A stretch of DNA of 55,870 nucleotides, filler included, from Sphacelaria rigidula (Eukaryota): NCBI GenBank assembly GCA_964200075.2. It is 6 parts of 6 records of this genome, joined end to end, with 100 filler letters (N's around TTAATTAATTAA, not from the genome) between each part and the next. Parts side by side here need not be neighbours in the genome. Positions count along the whole stretch, not along the records: positions 1 to 9,229 come from CAXNAA020008987.1; positions 9,330 to 18,558 come from CAXNAA020008988.1; 4 more parts are not named here. One strand, 5' to 3'. Of this stretch, positions 1 through 11,680 are shown piece by piece. The notes beneath the pieces were generated by a model that worked only from the letters and a program-made list of their open reading frames with translations, searched no databases and had not been told where the DNA came from. A program made the translations under genes and the position numbers. Positions within the stretch are counted from its first letter, which is position 1, and the number at the start of each line of letters is the position of its first letter.

Positions 1-218
1 GCCATATGCAAACACAGTAATGCTACACCCTTCGCCGCTCTAGCTCACGGGATCTCTCGCAGACGGAGGCTCACAAACAGAGGCGACCAGTAGCGGTAGC
101 CCCCGCCGACGTTCGAGACGCCCACGCGTGCGCGCACCGTCCCCGCCCCCGGCAATTGGTATTCCAGGGGAGGGGGACGCGGATCGTGGTCGGTTCGGGG
201 GGGGGGCTATCTCGGCAG
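1..218. mobile_element. Right end of a TIR element/MITE (TIR ...GGGCTATCTCGGCAG) abutting a Gypsy integrase
   Basis: 191-218 (cggttcgggggggggggctatctcggcag) matches the right end of the complete MITE at 43805-43831; integrase-like sequence (VKY*WPTLSQDVRKW) starts right after. Confidence 0.6.
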
Positions 219-220
219 CA

Positions 221-1462
221 GTCAAATACTAGTGGCCGACATTGAGCCAAGATGTGCGAAAATGGTATCAACGTTGCCCTTCCTGGCAGAGGAGAAAAAC
301 GGCCCATGACTATCCGAAATTGCCTGTGGGCCACATACCTGTGAACAGACCTTTTGAGCGGATATCGATAGATCTTGTCGAAAACAAGACCATTTCAAAT
401 TCGTCCGCCGGTGTACCTTGTAAGTATGTAATGTCTGTTATGGATCATCTGACACGACATGCACTGTTTATTCCTATCCCAAACAAATTAGCCAATACTG
501 TGTCAATAGTGCTGGTTGACCGTGTCTTCACGGCCTTCGGGATACCAGAAAAATTGCTTTCCGATCAGAGCAAGGAATTTGGAAACCGGGTAATATACCA
601 GTTGCAGTTGATCCTGCAATTTGACGAAATACGCACGACACCGTTCCGCCCTCAAGGCAACTCTGTTTCAGAACGCGTACACTCGAATTGACACGCCAGG
701 TTAGCCATGCATAGCTCCGTCGAACAAGACAATTGAGCGTCTATGCTACCCTTCGTGCAAATGGCGTATAACACATCATTCAACACCTCAGTGCAAGAAA
801 CACCCTATTTCGTCATGTTCGGACGTCAACCAAAAAATTACGCGTCGACATTATTTTGGGCAAATTCCGAAAAAGGGCACGCTGTGGATGTTGAACAATA
901 ATACGCGAAAAAGACAAAAGACAACTTGCAGACAGCTTTTGAAATTGCAAGACGCAACTTGAGAAAACCAGCAGACAAACAAAAGGCAAGTAATGATAAG
1001 CTCAAGCCATACCCTGTCTTTCAACCTGGCCAACAAGTGCTACTGTTCAGGCCACACCAAGACACAGATATTCCTAATCCAAAGTTGGTATTATCATGGC
1101 GGGGGCCATACAAGGTCGTCAAAGCATTTTCTCCGGTTGTCTATAAGGTCAACATAAGCGAAGATGCGAAAGAGACGTCAGTACACCCCGCTCACCTCAA
1201 GCAATATTATCCACGAGAACGTTCCCCAGCTCCCGAGTTTGACCGACTCGACGAGTATTTCCTGGGCAAGAAATTACCCCTCCCCCAACTTGACCGCCCG
1301 GAAGTAACGAAATCGAGAATTGAACGCTACATCGTTGACCAGGTGGTGGGCCACAAACGAGGCCCGGGAAGAAAGAGCCATAAAAATTACAAGTACCGTC
1401 TCCGTCTTCAAGGCTATGGGCTGTCAGCAAACTTAGAGTACCGAGCGGACGAGATACCACAA
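221..1462 (+). pseudogene. pol: Ty3/Gypsy (chromovirus-type) LTR retrotransposon pol fragment: integrase Zn-finger tail, rve core, GPY/F motif, chromodomain; stops and frameshift
   Basis: WPTLSQDVRKWYQRCPSW, PFERISIDLV, DHLTRH, FGIPEKLLSDQSKEF, TTPFRPQGNSVSERVH, then (read through stops) LPFVQMAYNTS..ETPYFVMFGRQP, WRGPYKVVK and chromo-like YIVDQVVGHK..YKYRLRLQGYG. Confidence 0.93.
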
Positions 1463-1797
1463 ACACCTCTACATTTTCCCACCATTTCGGCAGTACCTAC
1501 CGCCGGCGGGCGTGAAAGGTCCAGGCCTGGAATACCTGCTGACATCTCCGGAAGACCCAGGCCTGGAATACCTGCCACAAACGAGGCCCGGGAAGAAAGA
1601 GCCATAAAAATTACAAGTACCGTCTCCGTCTTCAAGGCTATGGGCTGTCAGCAAACTTAGAGTACCGAGCGGACGAGATATCACAAACACCTCTACATTT
1701 TCCCACCATTCGGCAGTACCTACCGCTGGCGGGCGTGAAAAGTCCAGGCCTGGAGTACCTGCTGACATCTCCGGAAGACCCAGGCCTGGAATACCTG
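1351..1797 (+). repeat. Tandem duplication of about 224 bp (1351-1574 and 1575-1797)
   Basis: ccacaaacgaggcccgggaagaaagagcc...caggcctggaatacctg occurs twice almost identically. Confidence 0.92.
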
Positions 1798-2163
1798 CTG
1801 ATCTCTCCGGAACACCCAGGCCTTAAATACCTGCTGATCTCCCTTGAAGAGCTGGGGCCGCGGTTTTCAACGCCGCTGCTGCTCTCCTGTCGGTGACACC
1901 TTCATGTCGTCCGACGTACTCCGTACTGGATGCTCCCGGCGCGCCATCTCCGACGGAGGACTCCCCGCGGCCTGCATCCAGGCCGCTGTTCCCCCCTGGA
2001 CCCACCAGGCTGTGTTCAAGTAGGCTCCGCAGCTCTTGTATCTCCGTCTTCAGGTCTTGGTTCTGGCGGAGAATTGTTCGTTCTCTCTACGAACGTGGGC
2101 CAGGCCTTCCTCTTGTGTAGCGGGAGAGCTGCTCCCATCTTCTTCGCTCCCGGGCGGAGACAT
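1463..2163 (-). pseudogene. Probable gag N-terminal fragment of a second, oppositely oriented LTR element
   Basis: ATG at 2163 gives MSPPGSEEDGSSSPATQEEGLAHVRRENEQF, then after a frameshift coiled-coil-like LRQNQDLKTEIQELRSLLE and SAGIPGLG repeats; lies about 700 bp downstream of the LTR at 2872-3087. Confidence 0.45.
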
Positions 2164-2871
2164 CTTTTCTACAGTCGATCAATCTGTAGCATCAGCTGGT
2201 AGCGCTAGCGTGTCCAGAGATCGCTGCCTGCCCCGGCGGCTTGTTCACAATGAATGAAGGAGAAATGATTTATTATCGGGAAACAAAAGAGAGTGACCCT
2301 CGAGGGGATCAACAACTCCCACCTACAGTGCCGAGAACCACACATCAAGCCATTCTCCCGCCGGCCATATAGATGTCCCGTGGGATATTCTCAGTCTACA
2401 TCATCTCCCGCGGGTCATATAAATGTCCCGTAGAACATTCTCACTCTTGTTCTGGATAACATTCCTTTCTACGGAGACTTCCAAAGAAACGTATCTTACA
2501 CTACCCCGAAAGATATCTGCGGATGCAGAATTGACCAATATACGAACAGCGATCGCCCAAGAGTGTGCGTGAAACATACTCTCTCTATCTCTGAGGCCAA
2601 GATTTGTACAGTGCAGTGAACATTTCAGCAGCCGTGCCCCCAATTCCTCGAATCCTGTAAAACTGTAGACATAATCACGGATAAAATAAAATAAACAAGG
2701 CATGCCGAATAAAATATAATGATGAGATACGATGTACTAAATACACAGAGACAGAGCACATAAATGACAAGAGACGTGACCTCACATGCATGAGCTGTAC
2801 ATTGATGGTTGTTAGGCGGGTCGCAAGTTCGTGTGCCATATCCTAGCTAAGCCATTACGAGGAGACCGCAT

Positions 2872-3087
2872 TGTGGTATAAAATCGTGTAGTCGACAAAC
2901 GTTGCTGGGGAAAGTTGGGTGAGCAAGACCTCGGTCAAGAAGCTTGTGAATTTCTTCTCTGATCATGCGGTGTTTTCATGGTAGGAGGCCGCGTTGTTTT
3001 GTGGCAAAAGGTGTGGACGCCGTACAACGACCATCAAGACAGGAGGAACTCGTACGTCGCCCCCCCCAAGGGGGTTCAGCTACCACA
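2872..3087 (-). mobile_element. Putative 5' LTR (216 bp)
   Basis: Termini TGTGGTA...TACCACA form a 7-bp inverted repeat with TG..CA ends; no TSD, so not a solo LTR; followed on the minus strand by UTR-like sequence and a gag-like frame. Confidence 0.5.
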
Positions 3088-3929
3088 TCAGCAAAATATA
3101 TGTATAAAAACTATATGTAGGGCATGTGAGAACCGTCAAAGACAAGATATATAGTCGCGCAGTCAACTTGCATGGTACGCTGGGCATGAAGGGCAGAAAG
3201 GCAAAATAGGGAACTACGTACGTCTGCGTACTGAATAAGTAATGACAAGGCAATGCACGGGAAGATGAGTGGCAGCATGATATCGAAAACCAAGTTTAAA
3301 GCAACTGAACAATGTGGTATCTAACTACGGTACCGCGAAGGAACAAGGTAGTATCCAACTACGGTACAGGGTGCGTCAAGAAGTCAACCTGGTCAATAGC
3401 AAACCATACAACCGATTACCAGTGTGGGATAAAATGGGGATCCTGTTCAGTGGCACCAAGGTAATAACCCTGCCACCAGAATGCTATAAAAAGGTACCCG
3501 GGATTAGCTAAACCAAACCCAATTGCAGACACCCCACGCGGGAACATACCGTCATTGGCAAACCGTTCAGTGTTTCCTGCGTGTCCTCCCCAACGCAATG
3601 ACGTTCAGCGCCGGTTCGCTCATCGGGATGCGATACACACAGGACAAGAGTGTAGGTGAAACAAGGGCGGAAGTAATAGAGGGCATGGTGAGTATACGTC
3701 GAAAGGCTTGGGGTACATGAAAATATGGATCGGTTTTCTACCACGTGACGCAGATCGAAATGTCCTGCGCCGGGCGGTAAATTCGGCGTTTCGGCCTTGC
3801 GAACCAGATAGATGAAACGACTACAAGCGGAACCCTGCTCGAGCATGATGAATACAGGCAGCGCAACAGACAGGGCCCTGAGGATAGCCTACACCCGCAC
3901 GGTCAAAGAAAAATATCACGAGCGCCAAA

Positions 3930-4112
3930 CACAATACAAACTTACCAGAACATGAAATGAAAAATAGTGCGGCTCTACAGAGCAAGACGACGGCGGCGCA
4001 AATGATAAGACAATCAAATAGAATACAGAATTTCCAGAACATGAAATGAAAACTAGTACAGCTCGAAAGAGCAAGACGACGGCGGCGCAAAATATGAGGC
4101 ACTCAAAATACA
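3930..4112. repeat. Two-copy tandem repeat of about 88 bp
   Basis: ccagaacatgaaatgaaaa...agagcaagacgacggcggcgcaaa repeated. Confidence 0.8.
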
Positions 4113-4589
4113 ATCGAGTGGCTCAAAAGACAGTTACGGTAGACACGACACCCGGAGATGCAGACACTATGAGTATGTGAGATGAAAGAAACGTAAACAA
4201 GATCGAAGTAGATTGCAGGCTTTACTGCATGTGCATTCCACAAATCCCCATGGCCACAATAATAATGCAACCCCGGAAAAAAAGTACATACTGATCATGG
4301 TGGGTTGATTGTCCCAATTCAATATGCAACAAAAATACCGAAATGATATAGAGAATGCCTAGAGCACGATCATTGCTGGTTAGGTACAGCGGTGTTGGTA
4401 TGGGTGAACAGGTGTAGGTCAGGCGAAGGCGATACAATGCAGGCGACAACGACAAAAACTGTGCGATCAGATCGGAGCATGGTACAAAATGATGGGAACA
4501 TGAGGGCGGAAAATACACGCACATATGACAACATGCGATGCGATAGCAAGCAAGAAAAGTACAGCCGATAGTAGGCTGTAGAGGAAAAA

Positions 4590-5140
4590 ATAGCAACACA
4601 ACAAGCGGGACAACAGCAAACCAGGGTAGTGGAAAGCACGGTGGGAACAGCAGCAACAGCAGCAGTAGCAGCAACGATAGCAGCAGCAATACAGCAGCAG
4701 CAACACAGCAGCAGCAACACAGCAGCAGCAACAGCAACATAGCAGCAGACGGCAACAGCAACAGCAACAGCAACAGCGATAGCAACAACAACGACAACGA
4801 CAACAACAACAACAACAACAACAAAGGCAGCGGAAAAGCAGCGGAAGCATGCAGCAACAGTAACGACGACACAGCCGCGCATAGGAAACACAACGACGGC
4901 AGGCAGCAACAGCACACTAGTGCGTCTAGCAGCAGCAGCACCGCAATAAGGGCAACGCAACACCGGCACGGCTTCAACAAACAACAGCGCAACGGCGGTA
5001 CGGCAGCGCGAGCAACAGCACAAAGCAACAGCGCAGCCGTGCGGCGGGCAGCAGCAACACACAGCAGCGGCGCGGCAGCAACGAGCAACAGCACAGAACA
5101 ACAACACAGCCGTGTGGCGAAGACACCACAGCAGCATGGA
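4590..5140. repeat. Compound (CAG/CAA/CAACAG)n microsatellite / low-complexity tract
   Basis: Runs of cagcag, caacag, caacaa; source of the poly-L/C/A/V ORFs on the minus strand. Confidence 0.92.
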
Positions 5141-6600
5141 TAGACACCACGGCCATGTGTGACAGCATTCCCCAGAAGCCCTGAAGAGTAGCCGTCTCCA
5201 TCATGCAACCCGAAGTAAAATGACGAGTCCGCCGGGATGAAAAATTGTAGCACCTCCTGATGATGCTCGTACAGGTGCTCGTACATGTTCTCGTACCGAC
5301 CGTATTGGCCTTTCATTCAAGTTTATATCGGCTCAGGTCATTGTGCTTTGAATGTCTGGTTACCTCCGTCATGTCGTAGGGCGCGACACTGTTGAGAAAC
5401 CGGTTCTGATCACCCGATGATCTCTTTGTGCATGAGTACGGTATAATTTTGCAGCGGGCGGAAAGACGAAGCACAGGGCACCCACGGGGCAAAACCAGGG
5501 AGGAACAAAGGGTACCACGGGACAAGAACAAACTACACCGCCCTACTCAACTTCTCATGCTCAACGTACGTATGGTAAGTAGACGACAGAGCGAAAGAGT
5601 GCAAGAGCCGAAGCAGCATACCATCCATCTCCACTGTACATGCTCTCCGACGATGTCAGAGACACCCAGTCGTAAACTTCAAAGGCACCGCCTACTCTGT
5701 ACTGTACGAAATGATGTTGCAGATTTGATATACCGTGGTGACGACAAATTGTGAACCGGTACACTATTTACTCTACATAAAAAGTAACATTTCACCTGAT
5801 CCGACCCACACGCCAGCAAAACCCTCCCTCCGAAAGTTTGTGGTCGGAGCACGCCAGTGTTGACTCTACACAAGCACGGTTGGACACCATGTGAGTGATG
5901 CTACGGTAGGGTTGCACGTTTTGAGCGAAAATGTTTCTCGGGGTGTGGCACGGATCATTTTGAGAATCGGCATCATTTTCACTTGAAAACGACTGAAAAT
6001 GATGCCGATTCATGAAAAGGCCCCTGTGTGCATCTCCATGTCCTGTCCCCGGAGATTTGGGTTGCACCGTAAGCCTCATATATTTGGGCTCCTACAAAAA
6101 CGAGACCCAGAAACAAAAAGTGCAACACCTACCGTAGCACTGCTCATGTCGTGGTTCGATACTCACCACCTAGGTAGGAAGGTGCCAGTTCAGTGGGCAC
6201 CGGGGGCTAGCGGGCCCAGACACAATCATTAGTATCGAAGCCATTGAGCTCGATTTACCATGCGGAAAGTCAACCCACACACCGATGACCAGGCGCCATG
6301 CCCATGGTTCACGCCGGAGACAAGACCCATATGTTGCATGCAATGCGAGCTTACATTGCGTGGAGACCAAAGACTCCTCTGAGATGACAGACCATGATGG
6401 CGTAGATGCTCTTGTATTATTGGCGTACAGGCTAGCTTGTGCTTTGCTAGTTGAGATGCATAGTCCAAAACGCTGTGACAGATGGGGGCAGCCGGCTCGA
6501 TCCAACCACAATGTAGTATGACCCATCAGGTGCCAAGCATGACAAAGAATGACACATGGGAACCTAATCGACGGGACGATGACCAATAAATCTGTAACAT

Positions 6601-7447
6601 ACACACACGACGGGGGTAAGGGTTAGTCCCAAGCTTGGGGTTGTTTCGCCAGTAGTGCCCATGCGAGGCGCTTCACCCAGTCTGAACCAGCTACAACGCC
6701 CTGTATGACCACCTCCGCCGTGGCTGTATTGAGAACGGGTTTCGCGGTGAGGCTGTCGAACACTACTACGGTAGTGTAGCGCGCTTGCGACATCCGAGCC
6801 GTTTCTTTTAAGGTAGAACCTGTATCAGCTGTGGTTTGAATATCCCTCCTGACGGTCCCACCCGGGGTCTGACCCAGGGATAGAAAGCGATGGCACCCTC
6901 CCCCTCAGATAGGATTTGTGACCACTGTGGGGGTATTTGGGGAACATCGCTCGGAATGAAACATGTAAAATTGTAAATAGGGATACTGTGGTACATTTTT
7001 CCCTGTTCAAAATCGAAATTTCCTTTCTTGAACGCTTTATACTCGTTACAATAAACGACTGCTTTCCAAGAAAACCATCAGTAATTTCAGGACTTCCACT
7101 GGGGGCTAATCCTAACGCTGAGGTGGTCACAAATCCTATCTGAGGGGGAGGGTGCCATCGCTTTCCATCCCTGGGTCAGACCCCGGGTGGGACCGTCAGG
7201 AGGGATATTCAAACCACAGCTGATACAGGTTCTACCTTAAAAGAAACGGCTCGGATGTCGCAAGCGCGCTGCACTACCGTAGTAGTGTTCGACAGCCTCA
7301 CCGCGAAACCCGTTCTCAATACAGCCACGGCGGAGGTGGTCATACAGGGCGTTGTAGCTGGTTCAGACTAGGTGAAGCGCTTCACATGGGCACTACTGGC
7401 GAAACAACCCCAAGCTTGGGACTAACCCTTACCCCCGTCGTGTGTGT
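6601..7447. repeat. Long inverted repeat: 325-bp arms (6601-6925 / 7123-7447) with 197-bp spacer
   Basis: Arms are reverse complements with about 5 mismatches by eye. Confidence 0.95.
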
Positions 7448-7940
7448 CTCCAGCTTTATTTTGGGGCATCCATTTTATCGAGTGTACTGTAGTGATGCTG
7501 TACTGTGGTGATGGTATATCTCAGCAGACCGCTGAGTGATGCTGCGTTTCAAAGACCGCAGGCGTCTATCCACGCATTGGATCGTTTCGCTGACGGCGGT
7601 CGTCGCCAGCGCAACAGGATGAAGTCTCTCTCAGATACTCAATAAGAGGCGCTCAAAAACTCGACGACTGGTCCAAAGAAAAGTATGTTTTCAGCGTGTT
7701 TTGTTACGTGTTGCTCAGACGCAGGGGTTGCTCAAAAGATGCAGGACAATGAATGACGGCGTTTTTTTCGTTGGATTGCTCATCATCATGATTTCGCTGC
7801 CTTGCAGAAGCTTCTGGGTTAGGGGCACATGGTCGCAACCGGTTGCGAATGCCGAGCATTTTGAACAATATAGATGAAATTTCGATGGCCCGTTGAACCT
7901 CAATTAAATGTTGAACCTCAAAAACGAATCCAGACTGTTC
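7123..7940 (+). pseudogene. Dispersed repeat carrying a degenerate unidentified coding sequence (copy 1; copy 2 at 45494-46542 minus)
   Basis: Shared peptides KETAR..TAKPVLNTATAEV.IQGV.AGSD, LDR.ADGGRR.RN.MKSLSDTQ, QGLL.RC.T.N, FWVRGTWS.P.A..E.FEQ, FDGPLNL; many differences are synonymous. Confidence 0.7.
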
Positions 7941-8554
7941 TTTAGATGTTTCCCCTCGGCACAGCTGTTCGGACGCGGGCACTGCCTAAGCGGGCACCCG
8001 GTGATCATTCTTGAATCATCTACAATTGGTTGACACCATGGGAGTGTTATCAGAACATTTTAATACCCGTTGGAATTATACAGTCAAGTCGTAGTAGTAG
8101 TGTATACCTCTGGTGTTACTCAGCAACACGTACGACTCGTGGTACACTTTCTTTGATCGACAAACAGAACGCCCTCTCCAGCATGGCGGCCTCACTACCG
8201 TAACACCTATCCCAAAGTCATTAATCAGCGGTCACCTTAACTGAGAGCCATCATCCAATGGACAAGTTCTCTTCCTTGCGGCCAAGCTGCGGCCGCTAGA
8301 ACAACTGATATGCCCAAACTCCTCGGTTTTGGCCTGCTCAGGTTAAGGCTAGCATCGTGGTGGTGAAGGTACCGTTCAATTCCGTGTTCTGGTGAAGAAA
8401 CAGGGAGAAACAGGTTTGTGGACACCACTTTTCGATTTTCCAAATACTCGACCACCCCTGGTGTGTGTGTGTGTGTGTGTGACTAGCGTATTCCAGTCTG
8501 TAAGGCCCCTTGCGATAGGCACTGTATACCACAGTAGAATACTGAAGTATGGTA

Positions 8555-8790
8555 TAAAATGTATCTGTCGATAGCCGTTGCCGCCACGCATAAATATTTT
8601 TGTATACGAAATCTATCAATAGCTGCAGGTATTGCCGTCATCAATAATAGATTCGGTATGAAATCTGTCAATAGCCATCGTCGTCATCAATAGATTTCGC
8701 ACGCGGTCTATCGATAGCCGTTGCCGTCATCACTAGATTTGGAAACATATCGATCAATGCATTTGGGCGGCCGCCATAGATTTCGGTGTA
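8555..8790. repeat. Degenerate ~45-50 bp tandem repeat (tctatcgatagccgttgccgtcatca..tagatttcg)
   Basis: Motif recurs at about 8564, 8612, 8664 and 8708. Confidence 0.6.
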
Positions 8791-9229
8791 GGGCCACAAC
8801 AGGCTGCTGCCTAGACAAGAGTGTGGGAAACTGGTCGATCGATTGGCATTGCCAACGTCTGCACACGCAAAGATACCGTCGAACAGCAATACCAAACTTT
8901 TCTGGGATTGGCATCAGGCAGTCCGTGGAGAACGGGCCATAAATCGACAAGTTACCGTTCGTATTAAAAAACAATGCGCATGAGACGCTTTGCAGGTTGG
9001 AAAACACGCATTTTTATGGTGAAGAAACTATCCGTACCCCATTAGTGCTGTATGCGGTTGTACAAATTCTACTGTCCCTCATTAATACCTGGCGAGGGGA
9101 CAGGGAAGCCGTCCTCCCTCAGGTCTTGAGAGTCGTTTGAATTGGGTGGATGAAGTCGAGAAAAATCAACTGTTTAGCTTTCATACCCGTTGCGAGCTTC
9201 GGTCAGGAGTAAGTACCGTAGCAACGAAA

Positions 9230-9329
9230 NNNNNNNNNNNNNNNNNNNNNNNNNNNNNNNNNNNNNNNNNNNNTTAATTAATTAANNNNNNNNNNNNNNN
9301 NNNNNNNNNNNNNNNNNNNNNNNNNNNNN
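9230..9329. other. Artificial contig spacer N44-TTAATTAATTAA-N44
   Basis: Six-frame-stop linker; identical spacers recur every 9328-9329 bp. Confidence 0.99.
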
Positions 9330-10269
9330 CCTGCTGTATGGATTCATCATACTACTTCCGACCAGTCACTGCCGGATAGCTCAACGCGATTAATGCTGCT
9401 TTTGAGCGCGAGCCTCGCACCCAAGTCGACTCTGTGTCACCTGAAGCAGAATCCCTGCAGTTGAACAACACGCTAGAGCAACAGCGACAAAAATTGAAGG
9501 ACTTTCATGAGCTGTTAACCCAACGCTACCGGCGTAGGGAAAAGGTATAAGATATGATGCTACTCAAAGAGTCTGACAGCTCCCTTCTGAACGAAGATGT
9601 ACCGGCCAAATTTGTACATGACTTGAAGACTGGGCCGGGGACGGTGCAGCAGGGGGGTGATACCAGGTCTCAATCTTGAGGTCAAGATGCAGGTGCGTAA
9701 AGTACAAGAGCGAACGGTGTTCGCGGCCAACGTGGAGAAATTTCATGTGCACCCAGAACAGCTGCAGCATTCAGGTCCAGGCAAGGTCTATTAGCTAGCT
9801 TGGGGGGGCACATTTAGGGTTAGCCGAGGAGATCACGACCGTTCCGCAACTGTATACATCGACAGATAGAAAAGTGGTGTTAGGATCAGGATCGTCCTGG
9901 GAGTGGGCCTATAGGGTGTTGTTTCATGACGGAACCGAGTCTCAATGGCTTTCAGAGGACGAAGTTTTAGATAGTTTCACTGAGCTACAGTTGGACGTGT
10001 TTCATGCTTTGTGGGAACTATATAAGCCGCAAACCAAACCGCGCCCATCCGTTAACCCATCTCGAGCGGAAAGAGACTCTTTTGCTCGGGATGAAGCTTT
10101 TCGACTCATTCCTCGAGGGACCAGAATACGTAAACAGTTAATGGACAGCCAAGGCGAGCGACAGGAGTTCAACGGGGAAGTGCTCGACTTCCGCCAGCCG
10201 TATTACCGTATCAAGTATGACGATGGTGATTGGGAAGAGATGACGCCGTCGGAGGTTAGTTCCCGTTGA
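9330..10269 (+). pseudogene. pol: Ty3/Gypsy pol C-terminus: integrase tail, GPY/F-like region, chromo-like domain and C-terminal Tudor-like domain
   Basis: PAVWIHHTT..; after frameshifts LLFEREPRTQVD and MLLKESDSSL..KFVHDLKTGPGTV..PGLNLEVKMQ..RTVFAANVEKFH; LYTSTDRK..WEWAYRVLFHDGTESQWLSEDEV (chromo-like); GTRIRKQL..FNGEVLDFRQPYYRIKYDDGDWEEM (Tudor-like). Confidence 0.8.
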
Positions 10270-10420
10270 CCGTCTATACTCGTGCACACTCCGACAATCA
10301 ATTCGAAGATGATCGTCTACTTGTGCACGCTATGACAATCCATTCAAAGATAACCGTCTACATGCGCGTGCTCCAACAATCAACTCGAATATGACCGTCT
10401 ACCTGTCTGCGCGCTATGAC
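10270..10420. repeat. ~41-bp tandem repeat, about 3.5 copies, directly after the pol stop
   Basis: ccgtctac..gtgcac..gacaatcaattcgaagatga units. Confidence 0.75.
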
Positions 10421-10719
10421 CGTCCCGGGGGCAGGGCTGCATTCTTCTGGTCTTGAGAGTCCATGGGTTCCACACATTCCTTTGCCGAGATTTACACCGG
10501 AAATAATCTGATGAAAGCTGTTGGCTTGTAATGAACGACTCGTGTGTTTATCGTGGAGACTATGCAAGTTGCCAACATTCAAGTCGGACATCGAATGGAT
10601 GAACGAGAAAGTTGTATGAACAAATATATATATATATATATGCTTGCACCATACAGCGAACAAGCAGGATTTGATTGCACACAGGAAAATGGGCGAGGGC
10701 GAAGGCTCAAGATGTCAAG

Positions 10720-11680
10720 ACCATATGTTTTCGAGCAGCTTGACAGGAGATCCAGGAGTTTCTCGTGTGTTTTCGAACAGGTTGACAGAAGATCCAGGAG
10801 TTTCCCGTGTGTTTTCGAACAGGTTGACAGGTCACCAGGAGTTTCCCATATGTTTTCGAACAGGTTGACAGAGAGCCAGGATTTCCCATACGTTTTCGAA
10901 CAGGTTGGCAGGGGGCCAGGCGTTTCCCGTATGTTTTCGAACAGGTTGACAGGTCACCAGGAGTTTCCCATATGTTTTCGAACAGGTTGACAGGGGGCCA
11001 GGAGTTTCCCTTATGCACGCAAACAGGTTGACAGAGATCCAGGATTTCCCATATGTTTTCGAACAGGTTGACAGGGAGCCAGGATTTCCCATATGTTTTC
11101 GAACAGGTTGACAGGGGGCCAGGCGTTTCCCGTATGTTTTCGAACAGGTTGACAGGGAGCCAGGAGTTTCCCATATGTTTTCGAACAGGTTGACAGGGGG
11201 CCAGGAGTTTCCCTTATGCACGCAAACAGGTTGACAGAGATCCAGGATTTCCCATATGTTTTCGAACAGGTTGGCAGGGAGCCAGGATTTCCCATATGTT
11301 TTCGAACAGGTTGACAGGGGGCCAGGAGTTTTCCTTGTGCGCGCAAACAGGTTGACAGAGATCCAGGATTTCCCATATGTTTTCGAACAGGTTGACAGGG
11401 AGCCAGGATTTCTCATATGTTTTCGAACAGATTGACAGGGGGCCAGGAGTTTCCCTTGTGCACGCAAACAGGTTTACAGAGATCCAGGATTTCCCATGCT
11501 GTTCGAACAGGTTGACTGGGAGCCAGGATTTCTCATATGTTTTCGAACAGGTTGACAGGGGGCCAGGAGTTTCCCTTGCGCGTGCGAACAGGTTGACAGG
11601 CATCCAGGAATTCCCTTGCTGTCCGAGCAGGTTGACAAGCGGCCAGGATTTTCCCATGCTGTTCGAACAGGTTGACATGG
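10720..11680. repeat. Minisatellite, 40-41 bp unit, about 23-24 copies, with a 3-unit higher-order pattern in the 3' half
   Basis: Unit tgttttcgaacaggttgacagNNNNccaggaNtttcccata; variant 'gcacgcaaacagg' at about 11015, 11218, 11338, 11459, 11579. Confidence 0.97.

Noticed and set aside
4222..5316. 364-, 255- and 127-aa ORFs (poly-L, poly-V/A, poly-C)
   Set aside because: Translations of the CAG/CAA microsatellite, open in several frames for lack of stops.
9274..9285. Recurrent TTAATTAATTAA motif at 9.3-kb period
   Set aside because: Synthetic six-frame-stop linker within N spacers.
10720..11680. CRISPR array
   Set aside because: Contiguous tandem units with no unique spacers.
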